Positions 29,048-38,696 are shown, counted from the first letter of the stretch. The stretch: DNA of 64,000 nucleotides from Bdellovibrio sp. (GCA_036677065.1 JAKFBS010000003.1:288001-352000); one strand, 5' to 3'. A program made the numbers and translations. The notes: a model not told the origin generated them from the letters alone.

Positions 29048-29806
29048 ATGAAGCATTGGTTTATCTCTGATCTTCATATTACTGACATTAATGAGCGCAA
29101 TGGCAATTTGCTATTGCGCTTTTTCTTTTGGTTAAATGAAAACCCGGCACAACACAGTGTTTATTTCTTGGGTGATATTTTCGATTTCTGGTTATCTGAC
29201 AGTAAGGTTTTGCAAGATCATTATAAACAGTTAATTGATGAAATCCGCAAATTCAAAAATGGGGGCGGAAAATTAGTTTATTTCGAAGGTAATCATGATT
29301 TTCATATCGATCGCTTTTGGACAAATCAACTAGACGTTCCTGTTTATGAAAATGAAGCTTTTTTTACAATTGATGGCCTTAAAGTGCGCTGCGAACATGG
29401 GGATTACATCAACCCAGACGACAAAGTTTATTTAGCATACCGCGAAGGCGTCAGACGCCCTTGGGTCGAATGGTTTGCACATAATTTGCCAGGCCGTTTT
29501 TGGAAAACTTTAGGTGAAAACCACAGTAAAAAAAGCCGCAAAAAAAGCGGCAACTATGCCATGCAAAATTCTGAAAAAGTGCGCGCCATGATTCAAGCCT
29601 ATGCCATGAAAGTATTTAATACTGAGCCTTTCGATCTGATCGTCACAGGGCATATGCATGTGTTTGATGATTACACTTTTACCGCCAACGGTAAAAAAGT
29701 GCGCTCAATTAACCTGGGCACGTGGTTAGTCGAGCCTGTAGCTCTTCTTATCGACCAAGGTCAGATTCAAATCGTAAATGTGGCAAGTCTTGTAAATAAA
29801 AAATAA
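29048..29806 (+). CDS. lpxH: UDP-2,3-diacylglucosamine hydrolase
   Basis: SDLH, GDIFD, GNHD, HGD, GHMH metallophosphoesterase motifs. Confidence 0.85.
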   Translation: MKHWFISDLHITDINERNGNLLLRFFFWLNENPAQHSVYFLGDIFDFWLSDSKVLQDHYKQLIDEIRKFKNGGGKLVYFEGNHDFHIDRFWTNQLDVPVYENEAFFTIDGLKVRCEHGDYINPDDKVYLAYREGVRRPWVEWFAHNLPGRFWKTLGENHSKKSRKKSGNYAMQNSEKVRAMIQAYAMKVFNTEPFDLIVTGHMHVFDDYTFTANGKKVRSINLGTWLVEPVALLIDQGQIQIVNVASLVNKK

Positions 29807-29879
29807 CCTATTATTGTTAAAAAACAGTTATAAATAAAAAAATCTTTAGCTATACTGAAAGCTCACTAAGGATTTTTTA

Positions 29880-30380
29880 ATGTCGACCGCTGCTCCTGCT
29901 GATACCAAAAGCTTTCTTTTCGATACAACCGTGGCAGATGCAATCACCACAGGTGTAAAAGAAACATTATACGAAATGTGCCGCCTTCCCTGTGATTTTG
30001 ACAGCAGTTTTATTGCCAACACCTGGTCTCCCATCGGTAATGGCAGTGGTCGCATTGAGTTGTTCACCGATAACCAGCGCGGAATACTGCAGCTGCATTT
30101 CACTGAAGACGCCGCTTTAACCATTATGGCTAAGCTTCTGGGTCGTTCGCCGATGTTTTTAAATGAAGATGCCTTGGATTGTATTGGCGCGCTGACAGGA
30201 ATTATTTACGGGCGTATGAAAGCGATTTTAAACCCTGCGGGATACAAGTTTTTAATGGCCTTACCTGAAATGGACTATACAGACAAGCTGAGTCGGCCAG
30301 AAGGGGATGTCAGGCATCTGATCATCCCGTTTCGGGTGCGAAGCTCAAAGTGTTATATTCAAGTGGTCTATTACGTTTAA
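29880..30380 (+). CDS. CheX-like protein (catalytic ExxN motif degenerate)
   Basis: D-C-I-G-A-L-T-G-I-I-Y-G pattern aligns with CheX DxxGExxNxIxG; size 166 aa. Confidence 0.65.
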   Translation: MSTAAPADTKSFLFDTTVADAITTGVKETLYEMCRLPCDFDSSFIANTWSPIGNGSGRIELFTDNQRGILQLHFTEDAALTIMAKLLGRSPMFLNEDALDCIGALTGIIYGRMKAILNPAGYKFLMALPEMDYTDKLSRPEGDVRHLIIPFRVRSSKCYIQVVYYV

Positions 30381-32071
30381 GCCTGACACTCTTTAATTAA
30401 CTCTTGAGCGTGTGCGATAGATGTTTTTGTGATTTTCTCACCAGAGATTAAGCGGGCAATTTCTTCAACGCGATCTTGTTTTTTAAGTTCGCTTACAGTC
30501 ATCACAGCCTGATCTTTATGAGTCGATTTTTGAATCGAAAAGTGAACATCACCAAAAGCTGCTACTTGCGGAAGATGAGTCACACAAATCACTTGTTGGC
30601 CTTTGGCGATTTCTTTTAATTTACGACCTACTTTTTCAGCCGTAGTTCCAGAAACACCAGTATCAACTTCATCAAATAAATAAGTGCGCGGAAATTGCGA
30701 CTTACCCGCCGATTTTTTAAGAGCTAATAGAATTCTTGAAAGTTCACCACCGCTGGCAGCCTTTGATAAAGCGCGCTTAGGGTCTTTAGGCGAAGTTTGC
30801 GATAAGAACTCAACATCAGTCATGCCAGTTGAAGTTAAGTGGTCTAACTGGGCGATATGGATGTCAAAAAGCACACCTTTCATATTTAGGTCTAATAATT
30901 CCTGATTTACCCCACTCGAGAGTTTTTTCGCGTTGGTCGCGCGAGTTTTATGCATTTCAGTGGCTTGCTTTTTTAGTTCAAGTTCAAGCACAGTCGCTTG
31001 TTTTTTTAACTGTTCTAAATGTTGATCGCTATTTTCTAAAGTTTTAATCTCTGTCGCCATTTGATTAAACACATCTAATAATAATGTTAAGTCATCGCCA
31101 TGCTTTTTTTGTAATTTACGAATTTGCGACAGGCGAGATTCTTTTTCATCTAACATTTCAGGATCAGCGTCGATTTTATTTACGTACGTGCGTACGGCAT
31201 AAATCGCATCGTCAATTAAAGTGCGCGCCTGATCAAGGACTGCTACTTTTTCCTGAAGGCTTGGATCTAATTGCGCCACTTCGATGGCTTTTTTCTGAAT
31301 GGTTTTTAAACGTGATGAAATGCTGTCATCGTCTTGGTAAACCAATTGGTCACAGATATCAGCGAATTGTAATAATTTAGACGAATTTTTAAGTTTTTTG
31401 ATTTCGATCTCAAGCTGGGCATCTTCGGGTTGAAGATTCAATTTTTCAAATTCTTGAAATTGAAATTTTAAAAAATCTAAACGCTGAGCTTTGTCTTGAG
31501 CTTTGCGCTCAAAATCAGTGATCCGGTTTTTCATTTCTAACCAGTTTTGGTATTGGGCTTCAAATTGCGCGCGTTTATCCCAGTGGCCAGCGTATTGGTC
31601 TAATAAATCTAAATGGTAAGCCTTAGATAACAAATTTCTATTGTCATGTTGGCCGGTCATTTCGATCAACGGAGCCGATGGCCCGGTGACTTCGATAAGT
31701 GGAGCAACGATTTCACGTAATTGGGCAAGTGGTGATAAGACGCCATTTAAATAAACTTTAGATTTATCGCCTGCAGAAATAATACGGCGAACGATCAACT
31801 GGTTATCTTCGGCTTCAATACCTAGGGCTTCTAAGTTCTTTTTTAAATCAGGACGGTGTTTTAGGTAAAACGATCCTTCGACAGTGGCTTGCGTGCAGCC
31901 TGTGCGAATCGTGTCAGCCGAAGCTTTTTCGCCCATTAGTAAAGCTAAGCTTTTTAACAGCACTGATTTTCCAGATCCTGTTTCGCCTGATAAAATATTT
32001 AAACCATTTTGAAATTCGATATTTAACGAATCAATAATGGCGAACTGTGAAACTCTAAGTTCCTGAAGCAT
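30377..32071 (-). CDS. recN: DNA repair protein RecN
   Basis: GETGSGKS, ASGGELSR, FDEVDTGVSG, CVTHLPQVAA. Confidence 0.97.
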   Translation of the reverse strand: MLQELRVSQFAIIDSLNIEFQNGLNILSGETGSGKSVLLKSLALLMGEKASADTIRTGCTQATVEGSFYLKHRPDLKKNLEALGIEAEDNQLIVRRIISAGDKSKVYLNGVLSPLAQLREIVAPLIEVTGPSAPLIEMTGQHDNRNLLSKAYHLDLLDQYAGHWDKRAQFEAQYQNWLEMKNRITDFERKAQDKAQRLDFLKFQFQEFEKLNLQPEDAQLEIEIKKLKNSSKLLQFADICDQLVYQDDDSISSRLKTIQKKAIEVAQLDPSLQEKVAVLDQARTLIDDAIYAVRTYVNKIDADPEMLDEKESRLSQIRKLQKKHGDDLTLLLDVFNQMATEIKTLENSDQHLEQLKKQATVLELELKKQATEMHKTRATNAKKLSSGVNQELLDLNMKGVLFDIHIAQLDHLTSTGMTDVEFLSQTSPKDPKRALSKAASGGELSRILLALKKSAGKSQFPRTYLFDEVDTGVSGTTAEKVGRKLKEIAKGQQVICVTHLPQVAAFGDVHFSIQKSTHKDQAVMTVSELKKQDRVEEIARLISGEKITKTSIAHAQELIKECQA

Positions 32072-32957
32072 AGCGGTCTCCGAATTTTAGTTTTTCTTTT
32101 AATAATTCAAAAAAGTTATGGCCAGATTTGCGAATCATCACATGATCGGTCTCACATCTAGTGATTGTGACTTCATCATCTTGTGCGAGTTCTAAAACCT
32201 TTTGGCCATCGATGATTAAATTGCTTGAAGAGTTCTGTTGATCAACTTTAATCACAATTTTTTTATCATCAGGAAAAATAAGCGGGCGGGTAGTTAACGA
32301 GTGTGGGGCCACCGGGGTTAAAACCATGGCTTTTGTCTCAGGATGAAGTAATGGCCCGCCAGCCGCTAAGTTATAGGCTGTTGATCCTGTGGGAGTAGAA
32401 ATAATTAAACCATCGGCTTTAATGTGGTTAACATAAGATTTATCAAAATATACAGCGGTGCTGATTAATTGCGAAAATGAACCACGTTCAATCACCACAT
32501 CATTAAGCGCATCAAACGACAAACGACGTCCGGTCTTAAGTTTAACTGAAGTATGAATGCGTGATCTTGAATGAACTACCATTTTGTTTTTTAATGTTTC
32601 ATCAATAGTAGCAAAAACATCATCTACGCTATGAGCGGTTAAAAACCCAAGATAGCCCATGTTAAAACCGAGAATCGGAACCTGATGGCCTTTTAATAAA
32701 CGAACCGCGCGAAGGTAAGTGCCGTCTCCGCCTAAAACAATCACTAAGCTCATTTCTTTTAATTCGTTCGAGCTGATCAGCATCGTTGTGCCGTCTAACT
32801 GTTTTTGTTCGGGAGCTGTGAAAACTTTAATGCGTTTTGCTTTTAGTTTTGTGACAACTTTTTTAGCTACGCGAACCGCTTCAGGTGAATGAATGCGGTA
32901 AACTAAAGCGATCTTTTTATTTTCTTTAAGCTTTAAGTGTTTTTCTTTCATCGACAA
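32055..32957 (-). CDS. nadK: NAD kinase
   Basis: LGGDGT, ALND, STPTGSTAYNLAAGG. Confidence 0.95.
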   Translation of the reverse strand: MSMKEKHLKLKENKKIALVYRIHSPEAVRVAKKVVTKLKAKRIKVFTAPEQKQLDGTTMLISSNELKEMSLVIVLGGDGTYLRAVRLLKGHQVPILGFNMGYLGFLTAHSVDDVFATIDETLKNKMVVHSRSRIHTSVKLKTGRRLSFDALNDVVIERGSFSQLISTAVYFDKSYVNHIKADGLIISTPTGSTAYNLAAGGPLLHPETKAMVLTPVAPHSLTTRPLIFPDDKKIVIKVDQQNSSSNLIIDGQKVLELAQDDEVTITRCETDHVMIRKSGHNFFELLKEKLKFGDRYASGT

Positions 32958-34979
32958 TTATACCAATCCATCACGTTTTAATAAAGCTTGTGGATCTGGT
33001 TCGCGGCCACGAAATTCTTTATATAAATCCATCGGGTGAGCAGTGCCGCCGCGGCTTAAAATGGCTTTTTTAAATTTAGTGCCAGCTTCTTTATTGAATA
33101 ACCCTTTTTCTTTAAAGTATTCAAAAGCATCCGCATCTAAAACTTCAGCCCATTTGTAAGAGTAGTAGCCAGCCGCATAACCACCACCGAAAATATGGCT
33201 AAAGCTCACAGACATGTTTTGCCCGGCTTCTTTCGGTAAGAGGCGTAAACGCTCTAAAGTTTTACTCTCAAATGCATCAACATCGGTAATCGTTGCAAGA
33301 TCTGCTGTATACCAATTCATATCTAACCAACCAAAAGTTAATTGGCGTAAACTCATCCAGCCAGATTGAAACTGCGCTGAACGTTTAATTTTTTCAACAA
33401 GTTCGGCCGGAATCTGAGCACCAGTTTCATAATGCTTAGCAAATACGTCTAAGCCCTCTTTTTCTTTAACCCAGTTTTCCATGATTTGTGACGGAAGCTC
33501 TACGAAATCCCAGTACACGTTAGTGCCAGCTAAAGATTTGTACTTACATTCAGATAATAAACCGTGAAGCGCGTGACCCATTTCATGAAACAGTGTCGAT
33601 ACTTCGTCATAAGATAAAAGCGAAGGTTTAGTTGAAGTCGGTTTTGTGAAGTTACACACGATGCTTACGTGCGGACGTTTGATCTCGCCAGACCACATGC
33701 CTTGTTCACGGTATGAGGTCATCCAAGCGCCAGATTTTTTAGTCTCGCGCGGAAAAAAGTCAGTGTAGAATAAACCGATATATTTGTTAGTGCCTTCTTC
33801 ATACACTTCATAAGTTTTTACATCGGGATGATAAACCGGAATATCAGTTACGGCCTTAAAGGTTAAACCAAAAAGTCTTCTGGCGTGTTCAAAAACACCT
33901 TCAACTACATTTTCTAATTTAAAGTACGGGCGTAACTCTTCTTCGTTAAAAGAGTACTTTTGCTCTTTTAGCTTTTCTGAGTAGTAAGCAAAATCCCACG
34001 GGCGGATATCGTCAGTGCCGGCAAACTTTTTAACCTCATCTAAATCACGTTTAGCAGCTGTTAATGATGGGACCATTAGTTTTTCTAGAAATTGAAACAC
34101 CGTGTTTGCATCTTTAGCCATGCGCTCTTCTAAAACGTAATCAGCATAAGTTTTGTAACCTAAGATATTCGCGCGGTCGGTAGAAAGCCTAACGATCTTT
34201 AGAACTGTTTCTTGGTTGTCAAATTGGTCTTTGAAATTTTTCGAAGACGACGCTCTCCACATTTTTTCACGTAAAGCACGGTTATCAGCATAAGTTAAAA
34301 ATGGAATTAACGAAGGCCCCTGAAGGTTAAATAACCATTGGCCTTTTTTACCTTTAGCTTCTGCAGACATCGCGGCAGCTTCAATAGCGCCTTCAGGTAA
34401 GCCTGCTAAGTCTTTGTTATCTGTGATCCACATTTCAAAAGCATTGATCGCCTTTAAATTGTTTTCAGAAAATAGCGGGCTTAATACTGAAAGCTCTTGA
34501 TCCAGGGCGCGAAGTTTTTCTTTTTGCTCTGGATTTAAAAGAGCTCCATTGCGAGAAAAATCTTTGTACATTTTTTCTGTTAATTTTAAATCTTCACCGG
34601 TTAGGCCAAGTTGAGCACGGTTATCAAAGATAAATTTAATTTTTTTGAAAACGTCTTCATCTAAAGAAACATCAGAAGCAAAAGCCGACATGATCGGAGA
34701 AATCTTTTGCGCCAAAGCTTGGTGCTCTTCATTCGCCTCAGCAGAAAACAAATTAAAATAAATATTTGAAGCGCGGTCTAATTTTTCAGAAAGCTGTTCT
34801 AAAGCAACTATCGTATTTTCAAAGGTAAGATTTTTTTCAGCTTTGATTTTTTCTAAATTAGTTTTTGCTTCTTTGATCGCTTCTTCTAAAGCCGGCATGT
34901 AGTGCTCAACTTTGATTTGATCAAAAGGAGCTGCTTGGTCTTTAACGGTGAATTTTTGTAATAAAGGATTGTTTGTCAT
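32958..34979 (-). CDS. dcp: M3-family metallopeptidase (Dcp/PrlC)
   Basis: FHEMGHALH, DFVELPSQ, GYYSYKWAEVLDAD. Confidence 0.9.
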   Translation of the reverse strand: MTNNPLLQKFTVKDQAAPFDQIKVEHYMPALEEAIKEAKTNLEKIKAEKNLTFENTIVALEQLSEKLDRASNIYFNLFSAEANEEHQALAQKISPIMSAFASDVSLDEDVFKKIKFIFDNRAQLGLTGEDLKLTEKMYKDFSRNGALLNPEQKEKLRALDQELSVLSPLFSENNLKAINAFEMWITDNKDLAGLPEGAIEAAAMSAEAKGKKGQWLFNLQGPSLIPFLTYADNRALREKMWRASSSKNFKDQFDNQETVLKIVRLSTDRANILGYKTYADYVLEERMAKDANTVFQFLEKLMVPSLTAAKRDLDEVKKFAGTDDIRPWDFAYYSEKLKEQKYSFNEEELRPYFKLENVVEGVFEHARRLFGLTFKAVTDIPVYHPDVKTYEVYEEGTNKYIGLFYTDFFPRETKKSGAWMTSYREQGMWSGEIKRPHVSIVCNFTKPTSTKPSLLSYDEVSTLFHEMGHALHGLLSECKYKSLAGTNVYWDFVELPSQIMENWVKEKEGLDVFAKHYETGAQIPAELVEKIKRSAQFQSGWMSLRQLTFGWLDMNWYTADLATITDVDAFESKTLERLRLLPKEAGQNMSVSFSHIFGGGYAAGYYSYKWAEVLDADAFEYFKEKGLFNKEAGTKFKKAILSRGGTAHPMDLYKEFRGREPDPQALLKRDGLV

Positions 34980-35002
34980 TGGGTACCTCGCTGGTACCCA
35001 AT
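34978..35002. promoter_or_regulatory. Perfect 10-bp inverted repeat over the dcp SD and start codon
   Basis: ATTGGGTACC-TCGCT-GGTACCCAAT. Confidence 0.55.
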
Positions 35003-35047
35003 ACTATGGCTGATTTTTACAGTTGAATCGAATAAATTTTGTGAAAA

Positions 35048-35665
35048 TTAACGGAAAATCGGGCTTGTTTGACCATTTGCTCCATTAGAAACACAGATCC
35101 CAATTGCAGATGCCGCTGAATTAGCACGGCAAGAATAACCGCTTCTGCAAGTCGCTTGATCAGTCACGATACATGACTGCACCACGCCATTATAACAGCT
35201 GCTGTTATTGTAGCCTTGGATATTTGAAATTTGCGGAATGTTTGTCCATTGGTTGTTATTAGAAGTGTTATAACCGTAGTAAGCATAACCTTGGTATCCA
35301 GCTAACATATTTGACTGAACGCAGCCAAGACCGGCGTAGTTATTGTAAGTTGGAACTGTTCCCACAGGGCAGTTACATAAGTAGCTGTTGTTAGCCATTT
35401 GGTGAAATGGGCTTGTGCCTGATCCGTAGTAACCGTTGTTGTAAAATGCGCCACCGTTATTTTGGTAACCATAGTTATAAGGCTGAAAACCCGGTTGGTT
35501 GTAATAACCAGTTTGGCAAGCTTGAGGATAAGTTAAACAATCTGTCGTGATTGCACCTTCATCGGTGTCGTTGTTTTTTTGGCAAGCTGTCACCATAAAC
35601 GTAACTAAAATTAGATACGAAAAGAAAAGTAATCTCATAGTGAATAACGATTTAATTTTAAACAT
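35048..35665 (-). CDS. Cys/Tyr/Asn/Gly-rich lipoprotein
   Basis: SD AGGAG, lipobox VTAC, 10 further Cys. Confidence 0.75.
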   Translation of the reverse strand: MFKIKSLFTMRLLFFSYLILVTFMVTACQKNNDTDEGAITTDCLTYPQACQTGYYNQPGFQPYNYGYQNNGGAFYNNGYYGSGTSPFHQMANNSYLCNCPVGTVPTYNNYAGLGCVQSNMLAGYQGYAYYGYNTSNNNQWTNIPQISNIQGYNNSSCYNGVVQSCIVTDQATCRSGYSCRANSAASAIGICVSNGANGQTSPIFR

Positions 35666-35695
35666 AGCAATACTCCTTGCCTTACCAGTTTATAG

Positions 35696-35711
35696 AGCAA
35701 GGGGTATGCCT
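35696..35711 (-). promoter_or_regulatory. Sigma-54 promoter
   Basis: AGGCATACCCCTTGCT (GG-N10-GC). Confidence 0.72.
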
Positions 35712-35750
35712 TGGGTTTTTAGCTTAGTCTCGAATGTGGGGTAATTGAGG

Positions 35751-35767
35751 TGTCAAAACTTTTGACA
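35751..35767. promoter_or_regulatory. Perfect palindrome, candidate activator (bEBP) site
   Basis: TGTCAAAA-C-TTTTGACA, about 40 bp upstream of the sigma-54 site. Confidence 0.45.
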
Positions 35768-35776
35768 GGTGCCCGC

Positions 35777-36928
35777 TTAGGGCGCTGTCTCGCTGATATC
35801 CATTTCTACTTCGTGGCGATTTTGCAAAAATAGGATTAAGTCATTGCGGTATTTCACTTTGTCTTTGTGAAAAAAATTAAAAAACTTAGGCATTTTGTCA
35901 TTGTAAGAAATCGGAGGACCTTTTTTCTTTCTGTAGTAGATGGTCTTGATAGATTTGTTAATACTTTGAGTAAAATCTTTTTCACAAGACTCAGTCAGTA
36001 AGCTATTTGTCGTCGCATATAACAGGCGCATATTATCAACTGTTGAGATCGATTGGCGTGTTAAAAGTAATCCTGAATCTGTACGATGAGCCAAATTAAC
36101 GCCGTAATGAGCTTCGGCTTCACAAGCAAAAAAACCTAAAACAGCAGGAGGTTTTCCGGTAGGGGCAGGCGGTGGGGGGTAGACATCATCTGAATGATCA
36201 ACTCGGTCATCTTCTCCTAAAGCATTATACATTTTAGAGGCCATTGGTCTGAATAAACCCCTGACCACTTTTGAAAATGGATTACCTGAAAGCGGGCGAA
36301 AGCCAGGGCCAGAGCCATGACGGGCGTGTCCGCTGTAAAACACAATGTCGTCTGTTTGCAGGGCGTGAATATAGGATTTTTCTAAGGCTTTTGATTTTCT
36401 TTTTTGTTCTGATTTTTTTTCATTATTCACAGCAATTTCACTCGTCAGCGATGAATTAAAAAGTTTCAGGCGAACGTTCACGGCGTGGCCGTCTTTGGTT
36501 CTGATCTGTTTTGTGTATTGGCCAGAAATTAAAGAATCTGCTTTGAAATCACAGAGCTGAATGTCAGGGCGAAATTGTGGGCAAGGGGCTTTGATTTCTT
36601 TTTCGAAAATATCTCGTTCAGCCATGTCGGTTGTGTAAACTTGGCTTGCGCCATCGCCGTAACCGAAATAAATCGACCAGTTTAGCTCAGATTTAGAATA
36701 TAATTTTTGATAAGACGAGCGGCATTGTTCAGTCTCAGTTTCAGCGTGTGATTGTGGTTTTAGCGTAGCAAGTTCTTCTTTGAAATCGTTATAAATCCCA
36801 TAGGGAATCGCATCAGGCAGCCAGTAAGGCACGCCGATTTCACTCATTTCGAATCGCCCGTTGTCCGAAGCCCAGGCGACTCCTGTACAGTGTAAAATTA
36901 AAAATAAGACGGCTAGCTTACGCCACAT
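35777..36928 (-). CDS. Secreted hypothetical protein, possible caspase/CHAT-like (clan CD) His-Cys fold
   Basis: Signal peptide (AWA|S); IVFYSGHARHG and LGFFACE motifs. Confidence 0.55.
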   Translation of the reverse strand: MWRKLAVLFLILHCTGVAWASDNGRFEMSEIGVPYWLPDAIPYGIYNDFKEELATLKPQSHAETETEQCRSSYQKLYSKSELNWSIYFGYGDGASQVYTTDMAERDIFEKEIKAPCPQFRPDIQLCDFKADSLISGQYTKQIRTKDGHAVNVRLKLFNSSLTSEIAVNNEKKSEQKRKSKALEKSYIHALQTDDIVFYSGHARHGSGPGFRPLSGNPFSKVVRGLFRPMASKMYNALGEDDRVDHSDDVYPPPPAPTGKPPAVLGFFACEAEAHYGVNLAHRTDSGLLLTRQSISTVDNMRLLYATTNSLLTESCEKDFTQSINKSIKTIYYRKKKGPPISYNDKMPKFFNFFHKDKVKYRNDLILFLQNRHEVEMDISETAP

Positions 36929-36933
36929 TCAAA

Positions 36934-38037
36934 TTAATCCTTTTTAGTTGCTTTTTCAAATTGGCGAACTTGCGCATCAGGCATGGCTTTGATACTTCCA
37001 ACAGTTTGACAGTGATAAGCATTCGCATTCACTGTTAAACACATTTCTAAGGCCGACAAAATACTTTCAGTCTTAGCATATGTTCTTTCCATATAGTCTT
37101 CGTAAACCGCAGTGGCATCGTCTTGTAAGTCACCACCTGGAACCACAGGCATTTCAAAATTAGTTAAGATTAAATCTTGAATAGCGCGTGAAGTACGTCC
37201 GTTACCATCAGAAAAAGGGTGAATGCTGACAAACCATTTTTGTGCGATGGCAGCTAATTCCATCGGTGATAAAACCGGATTTCCAGTTTTATATCTTTCT
37301 AAATTTAGGCGAATAAAATTTTTGATCCAATCAATAGATACCGGCACGACTGTGCTTGGCGCGTAAAAAACAAATGAACGTGACTGGTCATCTTTCATAC
37401 CAGATCTTAAATTTGCTCCGGTAAAATTAGTTGAGCCAGCATCGCGTAAAAGATCGCTGAACGTCGCTCCCATAGCTGCTTCCCAGCGGGCTTGTAAGCG
37501 GTTCATAGATTCTTCAGAAAGGTTGATCATGTCACCGTAGTTTTTTCCGCCTGAGCGAAAACCAACACCAGTACTAGTTACTTTACGGTATTCACCTGGT
37601 TTTAAAGACTGATCTGTATTTTTATCTTTAATATTTAAATTCTCGGCTTCGTTTAATAACAAAACTTTATTCACATAACTAATGTTAGCTTCATCAAGGG
37701 TATAGCCATTTTGCAGCTGGCCTTTGGCGCCACCCACTCGCATAACTTCACGAATTCCTGAATCCCAAACATCCCAAGTTGCCGGGGCTGGTTTATAGAT
37801 TTGATCTGGCTTCACGCGTGAAGTTTTAGCGCGCTCCCAGTTATTGCGGTCAACGAAGCGAATAACACGGTATTCAGCAATTTCATCAATATTGATCTGG
37901 CGATTGGCGTAGGTATTTTTAAGAGCGACAAAGCGGTCCTGGATCGCACAGTCTCTTGGAAACGGCTTAATAGCGTCGTCGCAAGCGTTGGCGTGAACCT
38001 GCAATAAAAGAATACTCCATAAAATAATAGATTTCAT
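36934..38037 (-). CDS. Secreted Fic-domain protein
   Basis: Intact Fic motif HPFSDGNGRTSR; ATG 38037 gives signal peptide MKSIILWSILLLQVHANA. Confidence 0.85.
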   Translation of the reverse strand: MKSIILWSILLLQVHANACDDAIKPFPRDCAIQDRFVALKNTYANRQINIDEIAEYRVIRFVDRNNWERAKTSRVKPDQIYKPAPATWDVWDSGIREVMRVGGAKGQLQNGYTLDEANISYVNKVLLLNEAENLNIKDKNTDQSLKPGEYRKVTSTGVGFRSGGKNYGDMINLSEESMNRLQARWEAAMGATFSDLLRDAGSTNFTGANLRSGMKDDQSRSFVFYAPSTVVPVSIDWIKNFIRLNLERYKTGNPVLSPMELAAIAQKWFVSIHPFSDGNGRTSRAIQDLILTNFEMPVVPGGDLQDDATAVYEDYMERTYAKTESILSALEMCLTVNANAYHCQTVGSIKAMPDAQVRQFEKATKKD

Positions 38038-38069
38038 AAATGTTCCAATCTGTTTGATAACCAGATCTT

Positions 38070-38085
38070 TGCGAGGATCAAGCCA
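38070..38085 (-). promoter_or_regulatory. Sigma-54 promoter
   Basis: TGGCTTGATCCTCGCA (GG-N10-GC), about 33 bp upstream of ATG 38037. Confidence 0.55.
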
Positions 38086-38213
38086 CCACAGGGTTGGGTT
38101 ATAGCTATTTAAGAGCACTAGAATTTATTTAGGCCGTTTTTTGTTATACAGGTGTAAAGATTTGATTTTTGTCACAATGCTGGTCATGATTTAGATAAGG
38201 GAGACTCTTTGTT

Positions 38214-38678
38214 ATGTTTAAATTTATTGGCTTTATGTTTATTTCTTTAATTATCTCTTCGTGTGCATCTAATTCTCAGCGCCAGCCAACTTCAGATCTT
38301 CAAGGCGGAGATAGATTAGTAGTTAAACCTGATTGGGAGCGTATTGAGCGTGGGATCACAACAGGCGATTTCAGCTGTCACGGAACATGCGCTGAAGTTT
38401 CTGTTGATTGGAATAAAGTTTGGAGAACGGTTTCTGGACAGGAATACAGAAATAGAAAAGAACAAAATCTATCATACTGTATTTCTCAGTATCAAAGTCA
38501 AAAATCTAACTTAGACTATGTGCAATTAGCCTTACAGAAAGGCGAATTAAGCGAAGGACAGGCTTCGCTGATAAATCAGATGACCCAAAACTCATTATCC
38601 GGAACTGACAGCATTTGTACTGGATATTTAGGAAAAAAACAGACTGCTAACTTGAAAAAAGAAATTTTTGGCCAGTAA
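38214..38678 (+). CDS. Hypothetical lipoprotein
   Basis: SD GGGAG, lipobox ISSC. Confidence 0.72.
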   Translation: MFKFIGFMFISLIISSCASNSQRQPTSDLQGGDRLVVKPDWERIERGITTGDFSCHGTCAEVSVDWNKVWRTVSGQEYRNRKEQNLSYCISQYQSQKSNLDYVQLALQKGELSEGQASLINQMTQNSLSGTDSICTGYLGKKQTANLKKEIFGQ

Positions 38679-38696
38679 ACATCCAAAGCGCGCTAA

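Noticed and set aside
38038..38118. N-terminal extension of the Fic ORF
   Set aside because: It contains the sigma-54 site; ATG 38037 gives a clean signal peptide.
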